Notes under the pieces: model-generated | Told to the model about the DNA's origin: nothing | Databases searched by the model: none | What the model saw: only the letters and a program-made list of their open reading frames with translations | Made by a program: the position numbers and the translations under genes | NCBI GenBank assembly: GCA_002811645.1 | Contig: PDIP01000016.1 | Span: 207,572-248,741, forward strand | DNA length: 41,170 nt | From: Corallochytrium limacisporum Hawaii | Taxonomy: Eukaryota; Protista; Pluriformea | Direction: 5' to 3' | Shown here: positions 11,500 to 22,227 of the stretch, one piece after another | Position numbering within the stretch: the stretch's first letter is position 1 | Layout: every line of letters begins with the position of its first letter

Positions 11500-11640
11500 T
11501 TCCCCACTTTGGGGGCAGGGGGAGGGGGGGGAGGGAGGCAGAGGGACACCCGGGCTTGTGGCAGGGCTGCGCCAACCCCCCCGGGGAGGGGGCGGGGGCC
11601 GGGAGGGTTGGTATGGGGTTGGTTGGTTGGTTGGTTGGCT
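11500..11640 (+). other. G-tract cluster with (TTGG)5, G-quadruplex potential
   Basis: Many G3-G8 runs at 11511-11618 and (TTGG)5 at 11619-11638 on the ADA sense strand. Confidence 0.6.
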
Positions 11641-11737
11641 CCAGGCAGGCTAGCCGACTACTTCAAGACAGCTCCAGTTCGGATCAAGAAACGACTTCCA
11701 TAAACGGACGAAGAGTAACATTGTTGGCTGGGCCATC

Positions 11738-13354
11738 ATGAAGAGGCAGAAAGCGGAAGAGAATGCCAGCCTAAACGGTGGGCCGGGTGTGGAGGGACCG
11801 GCCCGGTTCCACCTGTCCACTGAGGAGGATCGGCGGGACTCTCTGCACATGGACGGAGAGCTTAGAAAGCTGGCCGGTCATCCGTTCCATCCAGAGGCAT
11901 CCCGACATTCTATTAGGGAGCCTGCTCATGTCTTGTCAAGACCGGTGGTGTCGGGTACCGCACCGTTCAAGTTTCCCCGGGAAGTGATCAAGGCACTGCC
12001 GAAGGCAGACCTGCACGTACATTTGGACGGTAGTCTCCGCCTGGAGACGCTGATAGATCTTAGTCGGAAGCAGGGTAAAGAGCTGCCTTATTGGACCGTG
12101 AATGAACTGAAGCAACACGTCTTTAAGCCATTCTACAGCAACCTGATGGAGTACCTTGAATGCTTTAGTCTGACCGTTCAGGTGATGAAGGATGAGCAAA
12201 GCCTGGAACGCATTGCCTATGAGTTCGCGGTGGATAACTATGAGGAAATGAATTGTTATTTTGAGGTGCGTTTTGCACCGCAACTACATGCCAGCCGGGC
12301 CCTGAAGATAAGTGATATCCTTCGGAGTGTGAACAAAGGTCTGGCCAAGGCCCAGGAAGAGTACAATCAACGGTACAAGGAAGATATAGACTGCGGACTA
12401 CGACCTCCTTATCTTTACGGCATTATCGTGTGCGGCATGAGGAAAATTGAACGGAGTATGAGTGAGTACTACGAGGCCCTATTGGATCTGCATTCGTATA
12501 GTAATGAGAAAAATGTGGCAGCGATGGCCTCTCTGGAACTGGCCAGGGCAGCGGTGGCGCTCAGGAACGAAGAATCCATCCCCATCGTTGCCTTCGACAT
12601 TGCCGGAGCGGAGGACGGCTACCCAGCCGAAGATCACGTCGAAGCCTACCGCTACGTTCACCAGCATTTTATGGGCAAGACTGTGCATGCCGGAGAGGCC
12701 TACGGGCCAGAATCCATCTTTCAGGCCATTTCGAAGCTCAACGCCGAGCGCATAGGGCACGGTTTCCACTTGTTCAATCCAGAAATGGTACAAAAGAAGG
12801 AACGGGAAGGTGAAGAAGAACAGTTCGTGAGCGGTCTGGTAGAATACATTGCTGCACAGCGGCGGACGATTGAGGTTTGCGTTACGAGCAACATGCAGAC
12901 CATGCCGACTCTGCGGAAGGCCTTGGACGACAGTCAGATTGAGAAAAGGAAGTCCGGTGCTACTCAGCATCAACGGAGCAGTGCCACTAGTGCGACCAGC
13001 ATGAAAGTCGATGCATCTGACCCGGACCTGGATCAAGATAACGTCACGACAGAGGACATGGAGGCCGTGGTGCTGAAACACGAAGTCAAGCGCATGGTCG
13101 GTCTGCAGATGAGTGTGGTCCTCTGCACCGACAATCGCCTGGTTAGTCGCACAGATCTGACGCGAGAGGTGCGCATGGTTGCCAATGCCCTCGGGTTCAC
13201 GCCCAGTATCCTCCGGGATGTCATTTTCAATGCCTTCAAGCGCTCCTTCATGCCACTTAGCTACCCAGACAAGCGCCGGTACATGTACCAGGTGCTGTCA
13301 TACTACGATCGGGTGATGGGGGAATGGATGGTAGAGAATGGCTATAAGAGTTGA
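11738..13354 (+). CDS. ADA: Adenosine deaminase family amidohydrolase
   Basis: LPKADLHVHLDGS, YFEVRFAPQLH, FDIAGAE, TVHAGEAYGPESI, AERIGHG, IEVCVTSN, LCTDNRLVS. Confidence 0.93.
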   Translation: MKRQKAEENASLNGGPGVEGPARFHLSTEEDRRDSLHMDGELRKLAGHPFHPEASRHSIREPAHVLSRPVVSGTAPFKFPREVIKALPKADLHVHLDGSLRLETLIDLSRKQGKELPYWTVNELKQHVFKPFYSNLMEYLECFSLTVQVMKDEQSLERIAYEFAVDNYEEMNCYFEVRFAPQLHASRALKISDILRSVNKGLAKAQEEYNQRYKEDIDCGLRPPYLYGIIVCGMRKIERSMSEYYEALLDLHSYSNEKNVAAMASLELARAAVALRNEESIPIVAFDIAGAEDGYPAEDHVEAYRYVHQHFMGKTVHAGEAYGPESIFQAISKLNAERIGHGFHLFNPEMVQKKEREGEEEQFVSGLVEYIAAQRRTIEVCVTSNMQTMPTLRKALDDSQIEKRKSGATQHQRSSATSATSMKVDASDPDLDQDNVTTEDMEAVVLKHEVKRMVGLQMSVVLCTDNRLVSRTDLTREVRMVANALGFTPSILRDVIFNAFKRSFMPLSYPDKRRYMYQVLSYYDRVMGEWMVENGYKS

Positions 13355-13663
13355 AACACATCCGATTGGTGAGACACGTCGCATCTTGGATGTTCAAGAG
13401 AGCCTGAGTGTAGTTTCTGCTATTGCCCTATTAGGTGTTTTTCTTGTGCGAGATAGTCTGATCTTTGTGTTTGTTTGCATTAGATAGTAGTGATTTCTTT
13501 TTTGTCTTTGGTATCCGTGTTTTGCATAGTTTGTGAAAAGACTAATGGAAAGGTTGAACCCCATCGTGGAGAGCGTGTGTTGCGATGGATGCAGTGTAGA
13601 AGGGATCTGAAATGGGTTGATAAATTTTTTGTTTTTTAAATTTCATAGCCGCCCGCGCATGCC

Positions 13664-14362
13664 TCACGATCCTGCGGCACCCACTCCCTCGCCTCTATCC
13701 AGACGGTTGTTGCCCTTCTTGACGGTTTCAATGAATTGATCCAGTACGTCCGGTTCCACACTGCCATGTTGGTGCCGGAAATGGTCCATGATGTGGCTGA
13801 CCAGGTCTAGCTTGGGCATATTGTGCCGCGTAGGGAGCCTGTAGTGCCGCTTATACCTCTTCAAAGCAGCGACGCCGAGTACAGAAAAGTCAGGCTCAAT
13901 CAGTGGACCCGTGTCCGCGGGGTACCGCCCGCCGGCAGCCACTGCACTGGCTGCTTCGTGTAGCGCGGAGGCGGGGATTCCGCCACGCTGGGCGTCGTAG
14001 GGCAGCGGCATCCCACCACCGCGCTCACCGTCCTCGGAGCCCGGGTAGCCACCGGGGCCGTAGCCGGCGGATGCGACCGGGGGTGGACCACCAGCGGCAG
14101 CAGCGGCACCTGCACTCGCGCCCGCAGCAGCCGCTTGCTGGTTTGCCTCTTCCTCAGCCTGTAGTTCCTTCTTGAAGCGCTGGATCTTTGACTTACAGCC
14201 CGCACATAGGGAATTATGACCGGCGGCTTCATGAACACTAATGTTGAACCGACGGCCCAGAGTCTTCTGCAGACGCTTGGCAAAAATGGCGTTGGTAGCC
14301 CTATTCCGACACCGGCGGTTGTTTTCCACGAGACAGCATTGCTGAGAGTCTTCGTTTGCCAT
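13664..14362 (-). CDS. SAP30: Sin3-associated protein SAP30/SAP30L
   Basis: N-terminal zinc finger CCLVENNRRC...NAIFAKRLQK...HNSLCAGC and C-terminal Sin3-binding domain PDFSVLGVAALKRYKRHYRLPTR...LVSHIMDHF. Confidence 0.92.
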   Translation of the reverse strand: MANEDSQQCCLVENNRRCRNRATNAIFAKRLQKTLGRRFNISVHEAAGHNSLCAGCKSKIQRFKKELQAEEEANQQAAAAGASAGAAAAAGGPPPVASAGYGPGGYPGSEDGERGGGMPLPYDAQRGGIPASALHEAASAVAAGGRYPADTGPLIEPDFSVLGVAALKRYKRHYRLPTRHNMPKLDLVSHIMDHFRHQHGSVEPDVLDQFIETVKKGNNRLDRGEGVGAAGS

Positions 14363-14844
14363 GGTTGGTGACTAAGATTAGATCGGTTTTAGTATGTTTT
14401 CGCACTTTCCCCCGAACCAACAAGTATTCAATCACTGTGGCTGCAAGGTGACCTCGGCTACCTGTGACTCACCTGTGTTGTTGATCCCGAGCAGTTGGTA
14501 TTTTGCCTGGGTCGGTCTCCTTGTGTGCGCCCGAAATCCGGTGAAGATAATGTTCGTTTTGTTTGTTTTCTTCCCGGTAGATTCGTAGCGTAAGGCTTAT
14601 ATTCTCCTTGTGTATGTGTCACGAATAAATGGGGTTTGCGATACAATCCCGTCAGATATTCCAATGCACAATTCCCCACACACGCAGCATGAAAGCGAGA
14701 TTGTTTCCTTAACAATCTCACAATATTGTTGCGTTTGTGTGGATATTGTTCTTTGCAAAAGAGTGCCAACTTTCTGGAACAGATTGTTCCCAGTTCAATC
14801 TATGTACCTTTCCGTCGCCCTCTGCCCCTTTGATTGGCACGGCG

Positions 14845-15950
14845 TTTCGTTGTTGTTGTTGTTGTTTGGGTCGCGGTCCGCACTTGCACACACACACACA
14901 CAAAGCCACCACGACACTCTTTTGCGCCGCCCCGCTGACGAAACAGCAGGTTCCTGGACTCCGCCAACGCCGCTTGTAATATTTGTCTCAACCCCCCCTT
15001 CCTTCCCTCCCTCTTTTTCTCTCTCTCTCGCTTCTGTCTTGGGACCCCCCCCCCCCGGGGGAGCCCTGAGGAGAAGGAGACTTCGAACAAGGTTTTTCTT
15101 TTCTGGACTTTCCTCTCTCTCTCTCTCTCTCTATCNNNNNNNNNNNNNNNNNNNNNNNNNNNNNNNNNNNNNNNNNNNNNNNNNNNNNNNNNNNNNNNNN
15201 NNNNNNNNNNNNNNNNNNNNNNNNNNNNNNNNNNNNNNNNNNNNNNNNNNNNNNNNNNNNNNNNNNNNNNNNNNNNNNNNNNNNNNNNNNNNNNNNNNNN
15301 NNNNNNNNNNNNNNNNNNNNNNNNNNNNNNNNNNNNNNNNNNNNNNNNNNNNNNNNNNNNNNNNNNNNNNNNNNNNNNNNNNNNNNNNNNNNNNNNNNNN
15401 NNNNNNNNNNNNNNNNNNNNNNNNNNNNNNNNNNNNNNNNNNNNNNNNNNNNNNNNNNNNNNNNNNNNNNNNNNNNNNNNNNNNNNNNNNNNNNNNNNNN
15501 NNNNNNNNNNNNNNNNNNNNNNNNNNNNNNNNNNNNNNNNNNNNNNNNNNNNNNNNNNNNNNNNNNNNNNNNNNNNNNNNNNNNNNNNNNNNNNNNNNNN
15601 NNNNNNNNNNNNNNNNNNNNNNNNNNNNNNNNNNNNNNNNNNNNNNNNNNNNNNNNNNNNNNNNNNNNNNNNNNNNNNNNNNNNNNNNNNNNNNNNNNNN
15701 NNNNNNNNNNNNNNNNNNNNNNNNNNNNNNNNNNNNNNNNNNNNNNNNNNNNNNNNNNNNNNNNNNNNNNNNNNNNNNNNNNNNNNNNNNNNNNNNNNNN
15801 NNNNNNNNNNNNNNNNNNNNNNNNNNNNNNNNNNNNNNNNNNNNNNNNNNNNNNNNNNNNNNNNNNNNNNNNNNNNNNNNNNNNNNNNNNNNNNNNNNNN
15901 NNNNNNNNNNNNNNNNNNNNNNNNNNNNNNNNNNNNNNNNNNNNNNNNNN

Positions 15951-15981
<31 letters not shown>

Positions 15982-18900
15982 GTCGTTCTCCCCAAAATGA
16001 AACCTTTTCTTCTCCTTGCGTTGTTGTGTGGGGAAGGGAAGGAAAGCCCCCCCCCCGGGGGGGGGGAGAGAGAGAGAGAGAGAGGAGAGAAAGGGAAGAA
16101 AGAGAGCTAGGCAAGGCAATACGAAAAGCCCCCGAAAGGGCCAGCCCCCTCTACCCTGCCCCTCCCCTCTCCCCCGGGAGGAGAAGGATTCGGTGGTGAC
16201 CACAGAGCGAGCGGAGGGAAGGACAGCGAAAGCGAGAAAGAAAAAAAGGAGAGCGAGAGAGGGGGAGGGGAGAGAGAGGGAACGGGGGACCGCGTAATTC
16301 CTCTAAGCACCCGCGCGATTTTTTTTAACAGCAAAACTTTCTCTATTTTTTTCTCTTTCCAAGGCTAACCCCCCCTCAAAATGCCCCGGTTGGCTGGGAA
16401 CGGCCTAATTTCCTTATTTTCTTCCTTCCTTCACCACTGCACACCACAACACAAAAAGAAAAGCAGCGCGACAGAGACACGGAGCCACAAAGAAGCCAAA
16501 GTGAAGAAAAAAACACTGAGAACCAACAAATAAAAAAGAAAAACGAACCAACAAAAAAACTACCTGCGCCGGTGCCCCGGGAGGGCTAAAGAGAGCAATA
16601 GCGAGAGCAGGCCGGTGAGGGAGATAGGGAGAGAATCGAGGCCCCCCCGCGGGCCCCCGGGGGGGAGGGAGGGTTGAAAACCGGGCCCGGGGAACAAAAC
16701 GAAGGCGCAGCAGCGCATGGCCCAGCAAACCGTCCGTCCGGGCAAGACCGACATAACCCGGCGCGAGTGCTCACTCCCCGTGTCCGTACTCAATCAATGC
16801 CAAAATTTGTTTTTTTTATCACTGAAGCGCCCCCTTCCCCGGCCGTGGAGGGTGTACGGTCGGTGTGGAGCCCTCCCCGGGGGGAGGGGGGGGCACTGAG
16901 TGTTTCGCCGTGGCGCGTGGCCAAAGGGTGCAAAAGCCGCCTGCCGTTCCCCCCTCCTTTTCTATTTTTCTTTTTTTGTTTATGGCCTCCCCCCCCCCCT
17001 CCTTCTCTCATTCTCTCCCTCCCTCTCTCTCTTTCTCTCTGTGTGATCAAATCCTGTCCAAACCGTCGATGGTGGTGGTGCCCCGGAACTGAAAAAAAAC
17101 ACAAAGAACAGCGAGAGACTCGTAGGTTCGAACGTGTACGGCACTAAAAGGGCCAGAGGAGAGAAAGAGAGAGACGCGGAGAGAGCCAAGAGCAGCAGAT
17201 CACGAGACACAAAGAAAAATAAACAAAAAAAATAGCAAAGCAAAAGCAGCGGCAGAAGAGTGTGCGAAGTGGAGCAAAGACAACTCTGACCGGCCGGAGA
17301 AGGTGGAGGAATGACTGGGCAGGCCGGATGTCCTTCCCTTCTTGTCTTGTTGTTTCCATCTTATTTTTTGGACTGAGCGTTTGTCTCTGAGTGGCTGGCA
17401 GCTGTGTGCTTTTGTTGGGCCTTGGCTGGCACGACTACCCAACGAAACTCTGCCCGACTTTACTACTCTCTCACGCAACCAACCACCGGCACCGCGAGGA
17501 TGGGGCGCGCCTTCGATCACACCAAGAAGGAGAAAAAATTCAAGAGAGCGAGAGAGCGAGAGAGAAAAGCACAAGAAAAGAGAAAAAATTGCCATGAACA
17601 CAGAACCAACCATGAACCAAAGAAAAATTCACACTTTGCCATCGGTGTCCCTGCCAAGCCGGAACCGGACCGGGAGAAGGGGGGGGTGGGTGGGAGAGGG
17701 TGGTCAGGCAGGAATCATTCGGGACCTGGCGCCCGATTGACGACAGTTCGTCCTCTCTCGGTCTTCCCTTTTACTACCGCCGATCCCTCCCATGGAAAAG
17801 TAGGGAAAGGGAGGCCCTAACTTTTTTTTATTGTTTTGTCCAAGGCCCCCCTCCCCCCCGGGGGCTTTAAATTGTGTCAGTTTGGTTGTAAGAGTTTCTG
17901 TTCTCGGTCTCTCACTGTGCGCTTACTTGGGTGCTTGGGTGTGTGTGCGTGTGTGTGTGTGTGTTCTTGCTTTTGACTCTCTCCTGAATTTCTCGTATGC
18001 ACGACGCATGCAGACATACACAGACACAGACCCAGACGCAGAGAGATACCCAGAGCGAGAGAGAGCGAGAGAGAGCGAGAGAGAGAAATACCTCTCCTCT
18101 CTTCTCCCGTCCCCCCCNNNNNNNNNNNNNNNNNNNNNNNNNNNNNNNNNNNNNNNNNNNNNNNNNNNNNNNNNNNNNNNNNNNNNNNNNNNNNNNNNNN
18201 NNNNNNNNNNNNNNNNNNNNNNNNNNNNNNNNNNNNNNNNNNNNNNNNNNNNNNNNNNNNNNNNNNNNNNNNNNNNNNNNNNNNNNNNNNNNNNNNNNNN
18301 NNNNNNNNNNNNNNNNNNNNNNNNNNNNNNNNNNNNNNNNNNNNNNNNNNNNNNNNNNNNNNNNNNNNNNNNNNNNNNNNNNNNNNNNNNNNNNNNNNNN
18401 NNNNNNNNNNNNNNNNNNAAAACTGCCAAGAAAAAAGGGACTCCCGCGCGCAAATCCAAAAAGACACCCCCCCCCTCCTCCTCCTCCTCCCTCCCTAGTC
18501 TCCTCGAGAACGAGCGAGTGCGAGAGACACCGAGAGAATTACCGACCCCGCCCAAGAATAACCACGGAAAAATAAAAACAACAGCCCAACCCCCCCTCCC
18601 TCTCTTCCACCAGCGGAGAAGGGTGTCGGGACGCGCTCTGAAAATACTCGGACGGACGGGCCCACAAGGCAAAAGGAAGGGAGGTCTGGGGTGTTTCGAA
18701 TGGGAAAGTGAAGAAAAACCCTAACCAAATAGGAAAAAAATTATCAGTGTGTAGGTATATAAACTGCCGCGACAGTGAGAGCGAGGGAAAGGGAGAGCAA
18801 GTATTGTTATTTGTTTTTTTCTTCTTCTTTTATCTCCCCTCCCCCGGCCGGGGGGGGGGCCGCGGGACGCACGTTTGCTGCTGCCGCAATTTTTCTTTGT

Positions 18901-19725
18901 GTCGTGATACGCTCTCGCTCTCTCTCTTTCTCTCCCACCCACCCGTCCGGACGCCCAAGAAACTAAAAAGAGGAAAAGACAAGGGCAAAAAAGTCTTCAA
19001 CGCACGGCAGCGGGAGGGCACGAGAGAGAGAGAGGCGCACAGAGAGAGGGAGAGAGACCGAGAGCCGTCTTTTTTTTTTTGGTTGTGTTGTCTCCCAGGG
19101 CATTCCTTCAGGGCCGTGTGTGTGTGTGTGTGTTTCTTCTTTTTTTGACTTTGTTCTTTTGTTCCTTTACTCTCACCTCCCCCCTCTCCCCCCCCCCCAA
19201 AACAATTTCGCGCCAATTTGTGCGGTTTTTCTCTCTCTCTCTCTCTGTGCTTTTTAACTCCGTCCCTCCTGGCTTGGACGTGCACAGGCCATCTGAGCTG
19301 CTGCGGAGGGTAAAGAAAAAGGCGAAAAAACAAATGAAAGGCCCAAAAAGAATATTAAAATCTGAGACCTGTCGGTTTCCCCGGGCCGGCGTGCGTGCGT
19401 GTGTGCGTATTGGCATCAGCGGGGAACCGAAAAACGTTTGGCACGTCTGCTCCGCTCGCTAAGTCTCTCTCTTCACGCACACGCACACGCACACACACAC
19501 ACACACGCACTGCACCAGCGGCGCGACCCCAGAGCAGTGTAAGCAGGGCAAAAGATGGGAGATTTCCGGGGAATCGCAGAAAATAAAGCGCCATGACGGA
19601 GCATGGAAACCGAGCTGTGTGCAGTGTTGGATATTCCGCGGTGGGCGATGTGTACGGATGATGTGCACGACAAGCAGCTGCACACACACACAGAGGGAGA
19701 GTGTGTGAGAGAGAGAACGAGAGAG

Positions 19726-19783
<58 letters not shown>

Positions 19784-19870
19784 GATGAATGTGTTTAGAG
19801 CTTTTGGTTATGTCACATGCTTTGTAATCAGTGATGAACAGAAAGAAGGGAGGGGGGGGGGAGGGGCGGG
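14845..19870. repeat. Low-complexity gene-free domain with (CT)n/(GA)n, (CA)n/(GT)n, poly-C/G and poly-A/T tracts and two N gaps
   Basis: Examples: (GA)26 at 19729-19780, (CT)n flanking gap 15136-15950, CA-rich 19476-19509, (GT)n ~17939-17963. No credible ORF. Confidence 0.9.
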
Positions 19871-19890
19871 GGAATGGGGCACCGATGCAA

Positions 19891-22227
19891 TCACGCCGTC
19901 GAGAGCACAGATTTGAGCCAGCGCTGAACGTCCGTGACTGCACTCTGGATCTCCGGGGTAATGTCGAAGCTCAAAGTCTTGGCCAGAGTTTTTTCAACGC
20001 GTGCAACCTCTTCTGGAGACTCCACAACACCCCAGGTGCGAGTCTCATCCCGCAAAAGTGCGCTTAGGTTCTTTGCGTCAAGAGCACCACAGTCATCGAG
20101 CAGAACCATCCACCGTAGGCTGGTCATCCGGTTGCCGATGGAGCAGTTATCCAGGAGTGTGTCCACACTACTCTTCCAGCCATCTGTGACCTGCAGATCG
20201 CGAAGGGCAGCAGCTGCCTTGGCGGCTTCGTAGAGAAAGGCTGGGTTGTGACCCTTGCCACTGGCCGCGTACTGCGCCAGTTTGCTCTCCAGGGTTTCCG
20301 CCGCCACTCCCGGATTAAGGACCCGCCCTTGCTTGTGCACCCAGTGTAGGTAGTGGCCAAACTGGCCCAGGATCTCAATCTTTAGGTTCTCCATCCGGCC
20401 AGTCTCGCTCAGGCAGTGCTCCAGGTACTCCTCCATGGCATCACTGGGGGTCACGTAAAGACGTTGGTAGATGCCCACCGCTCGACTAAGGACCGGTCCA
20501 CGCAGGGTGGCCTTGTTGTCGTCATGTTCTGATATCACTCTTTGCTCCATTTCGTGTACCAGTCCCATGAGGTCAAACTTCTTGGCCACGTTCTCGTCGT
20601 CCACGGCCATGCGTTCCACACTGCGGGTTATGGCATCAGTGGTGTCGATGACGGCCTCAATGGACCAGTTCTGGGCGCGCTTCACGCGGTCAATCAGCTC
20701 CGTGACGCCCTCTGCACTCATGTGCGAGCCACGAACATCGCGAGCCATCGCCAGGGCCCGAACAATGTTGGCCGTGCGCAGATCGACCAATTCGGAATCA
20801 GTCGATGCAGTGGCCTGGTCGGTTCCCTCAGCTCTCTGCTCCATGGTTTCGTTTGTTGATTCGGCATCCACTGAAAAGTCAAAGGCCTCCTTTCGCCACA
20901 GCAGAGGCAGAGCAGTCTCCACTTTGGTGTAGAAGGTATCGAGGCTCTTGAAAAGGACAGCATCCAGCGGCATGGTGCCAAAGATCTTCGTTTCCATGCG
21001 CTTCAGGACATCGAGAAGTAGGGTCATCTGGAACTTGCTGAATGTATCCGTGTCCTTGGTTTGAGACCGTGTACGCTGGATAATAAATTCCATGAGGTCC
21101 TCAACCAGGGGCACGTAGTTTTCAAAGCGAGTGGATCCAAGGAGTGCCTTGAGTACCACAATGGCACGGTCACGCTCCATGTTGGGATGCGTGGCATAGT
21201 GGCGCACCGCGTTAACGATCATGTGGTGGTCCTCTGAGGGCATTTTGCCACCGTAGATCGCCTCGAGGGCAATGAGATCTGCAAGCTTGCCGTGCGTAGA
21301 CATTACCTTGCCCAGAGTCTTGCTGTCCAAATCGGCATAGATTTGAAGGTGGGGCATGCGCAGCAGGGGCATGCTTACGGACAACAGTTGGTGGCGAATG
21401 TCCCGAATCTGTGTGGCCTTGACCTCGCGGCACATGTTCATGTAATTGCGGTAGAGCTCCATCGTCATGTTCTGCGGCAACCTGAACCGATTTGAGCGCA
21501 TCTGATGGGTCAGGGTGCTACCTACCAGCATCATCTCACTAATATCCTCGGCAGTGAGCTCTTTCTGGCCCCGACTCTCAACCAGTCGCTTCGTTTCGGC
21601 AGAAATGACCGCCTCTGCCTCCACGGCTTCCATTGCACCTACTGCCAATGGACCAAGCTGCAAGCGCATATTCAGAATGGTAGCAGCTGCCTTCACCTTG
21701 GCCCGACGCCCCGCCTCTGTGTTGTATCCCTGCAAAACTGACTCATCGGTAATGATACGCATTAGGTTCTGCTTTAGCCAGCTTTGAATCAGCAGGAACG
21801 AGCCCCTACTACGTTCAACGTGTTCGTAGGACCAGGTCACAAAGTCCACGGCAGCGTCCGCGGGCAACGGTTGGTTGCTGACCAGGTGCACTAGCTTGAA
21901 GACCTGTGCGTACGAGAAATTATCCCTGGAAGTCAACAGACGCGCAAGGTGAGCGTGGCGCTCAGCGGGTGTCTTGGGCAATGTCTGCTCCGGTACCAGA
22001 TCCTTTCCCTTGGGCTTGAGCTTCGGCTCCTGTCGGTGCAATTCTGTCTTGCTCGCGCTCTCGTCTGTCCCTGAGCTGTGCTCTTCCACACCAGTGGCAA
22101 ATGTGCGCCGTATGCTGACACCAGGTGCAACCACGAAAGTATGCTGTGTCCGTACCAGCTGTCGCGCTGATCCGACCCGAATCACCTGTCGCGTGGAGGC
22201 ACGGAAGCCGACTAGGGACCGTAGCAT
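19891..22227 (-). CDS. Unknown 778-aa protein with mitochondrial-presequence-like N-terminus
   Basis: Long ORF with normal composition. The first ~46 aa are rich in R/S/T/V and lack acidic residues (MLRSLVGFRASTRQVIRVGSARQLVRTQH...RRTFATG). Remainder looks alpha-helical; no family recognised. Confidence 0.8.
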   Translation of the reverse strand: MLRSLVGFRASTRQVIRVGSARQLVRTQHTFVVAPGVSIRRTFATGVEEHSSGTDESASKTELHRQEPKLKPKGKDLVPEQTLPKTPAERHAHLARLLTSRDNFSYAQVFKLVHLVSNQPLPADAAVDFVTWSYEHVERSRGSFLLIQSWLKQNLMRIITDESVLQGYNTEAGRRAKVKAAATILNMRLQLGPLAVGAMEAVEAEAVISAETKRLVESRGQKELTAEDISEMMLVGSTLTHQMRSNRFRLPQNMTMELYRNYMNMCREVKATQIRDIRHQLLSVSMPLLRMPHLQIYADLDSKTLGKVMSTHGKLADLIALEAIYGGKMPSEDHHMIVNAVRHYATHPNMERDRAIVVLKALLGSTRFENYVPLVEDLMEFIIQRTRSQTKDTDTFSKFQMTLLLDVLKRMETKIFGTMPLDAVLFKSLDTFYTKVETALPLLWRKEAFDFSVDAESTNETMEQRAEGTDQATASTDSELVDLRTANIVRALAMARDVRGSHMSAEGVTELIDRVKRAQNWSIEAVIDTTDAITRSVERMAVDDENVAKKFDLMGLVHEMEQRVISEHDDNKATLRGPVLSRAVGIYQRLYVTPSDAMEEYLEHCLSETGRMENLKIEILGQFGHYLHWVHKQGRVLNPGVAAETLESKLAQYAASGKGHNPAFLYEAAKAAAALRDLQVTDGWKSSVDTLLDNCSIGNRMTSLRWMVLLDDCGALDAKNLSALLRDETRTWGVVESPEEVARVEKTLAKTLSFDITPEIQSAVTDVQRWLKSVLSTA

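Noticed and set aside
10417-11737. Purine or ZTP riboswitch between PFAS and ADA
   Set aside because: No recognisable aptamer consensus by eye; an Infernal/Rfam scan would settle it.
14610-18724. Long ORFs of 190-529 aa spanning Ns
   Set aside because: Artefacts of N runs and microsatellite translation (RERE, LSLS, HTHT).
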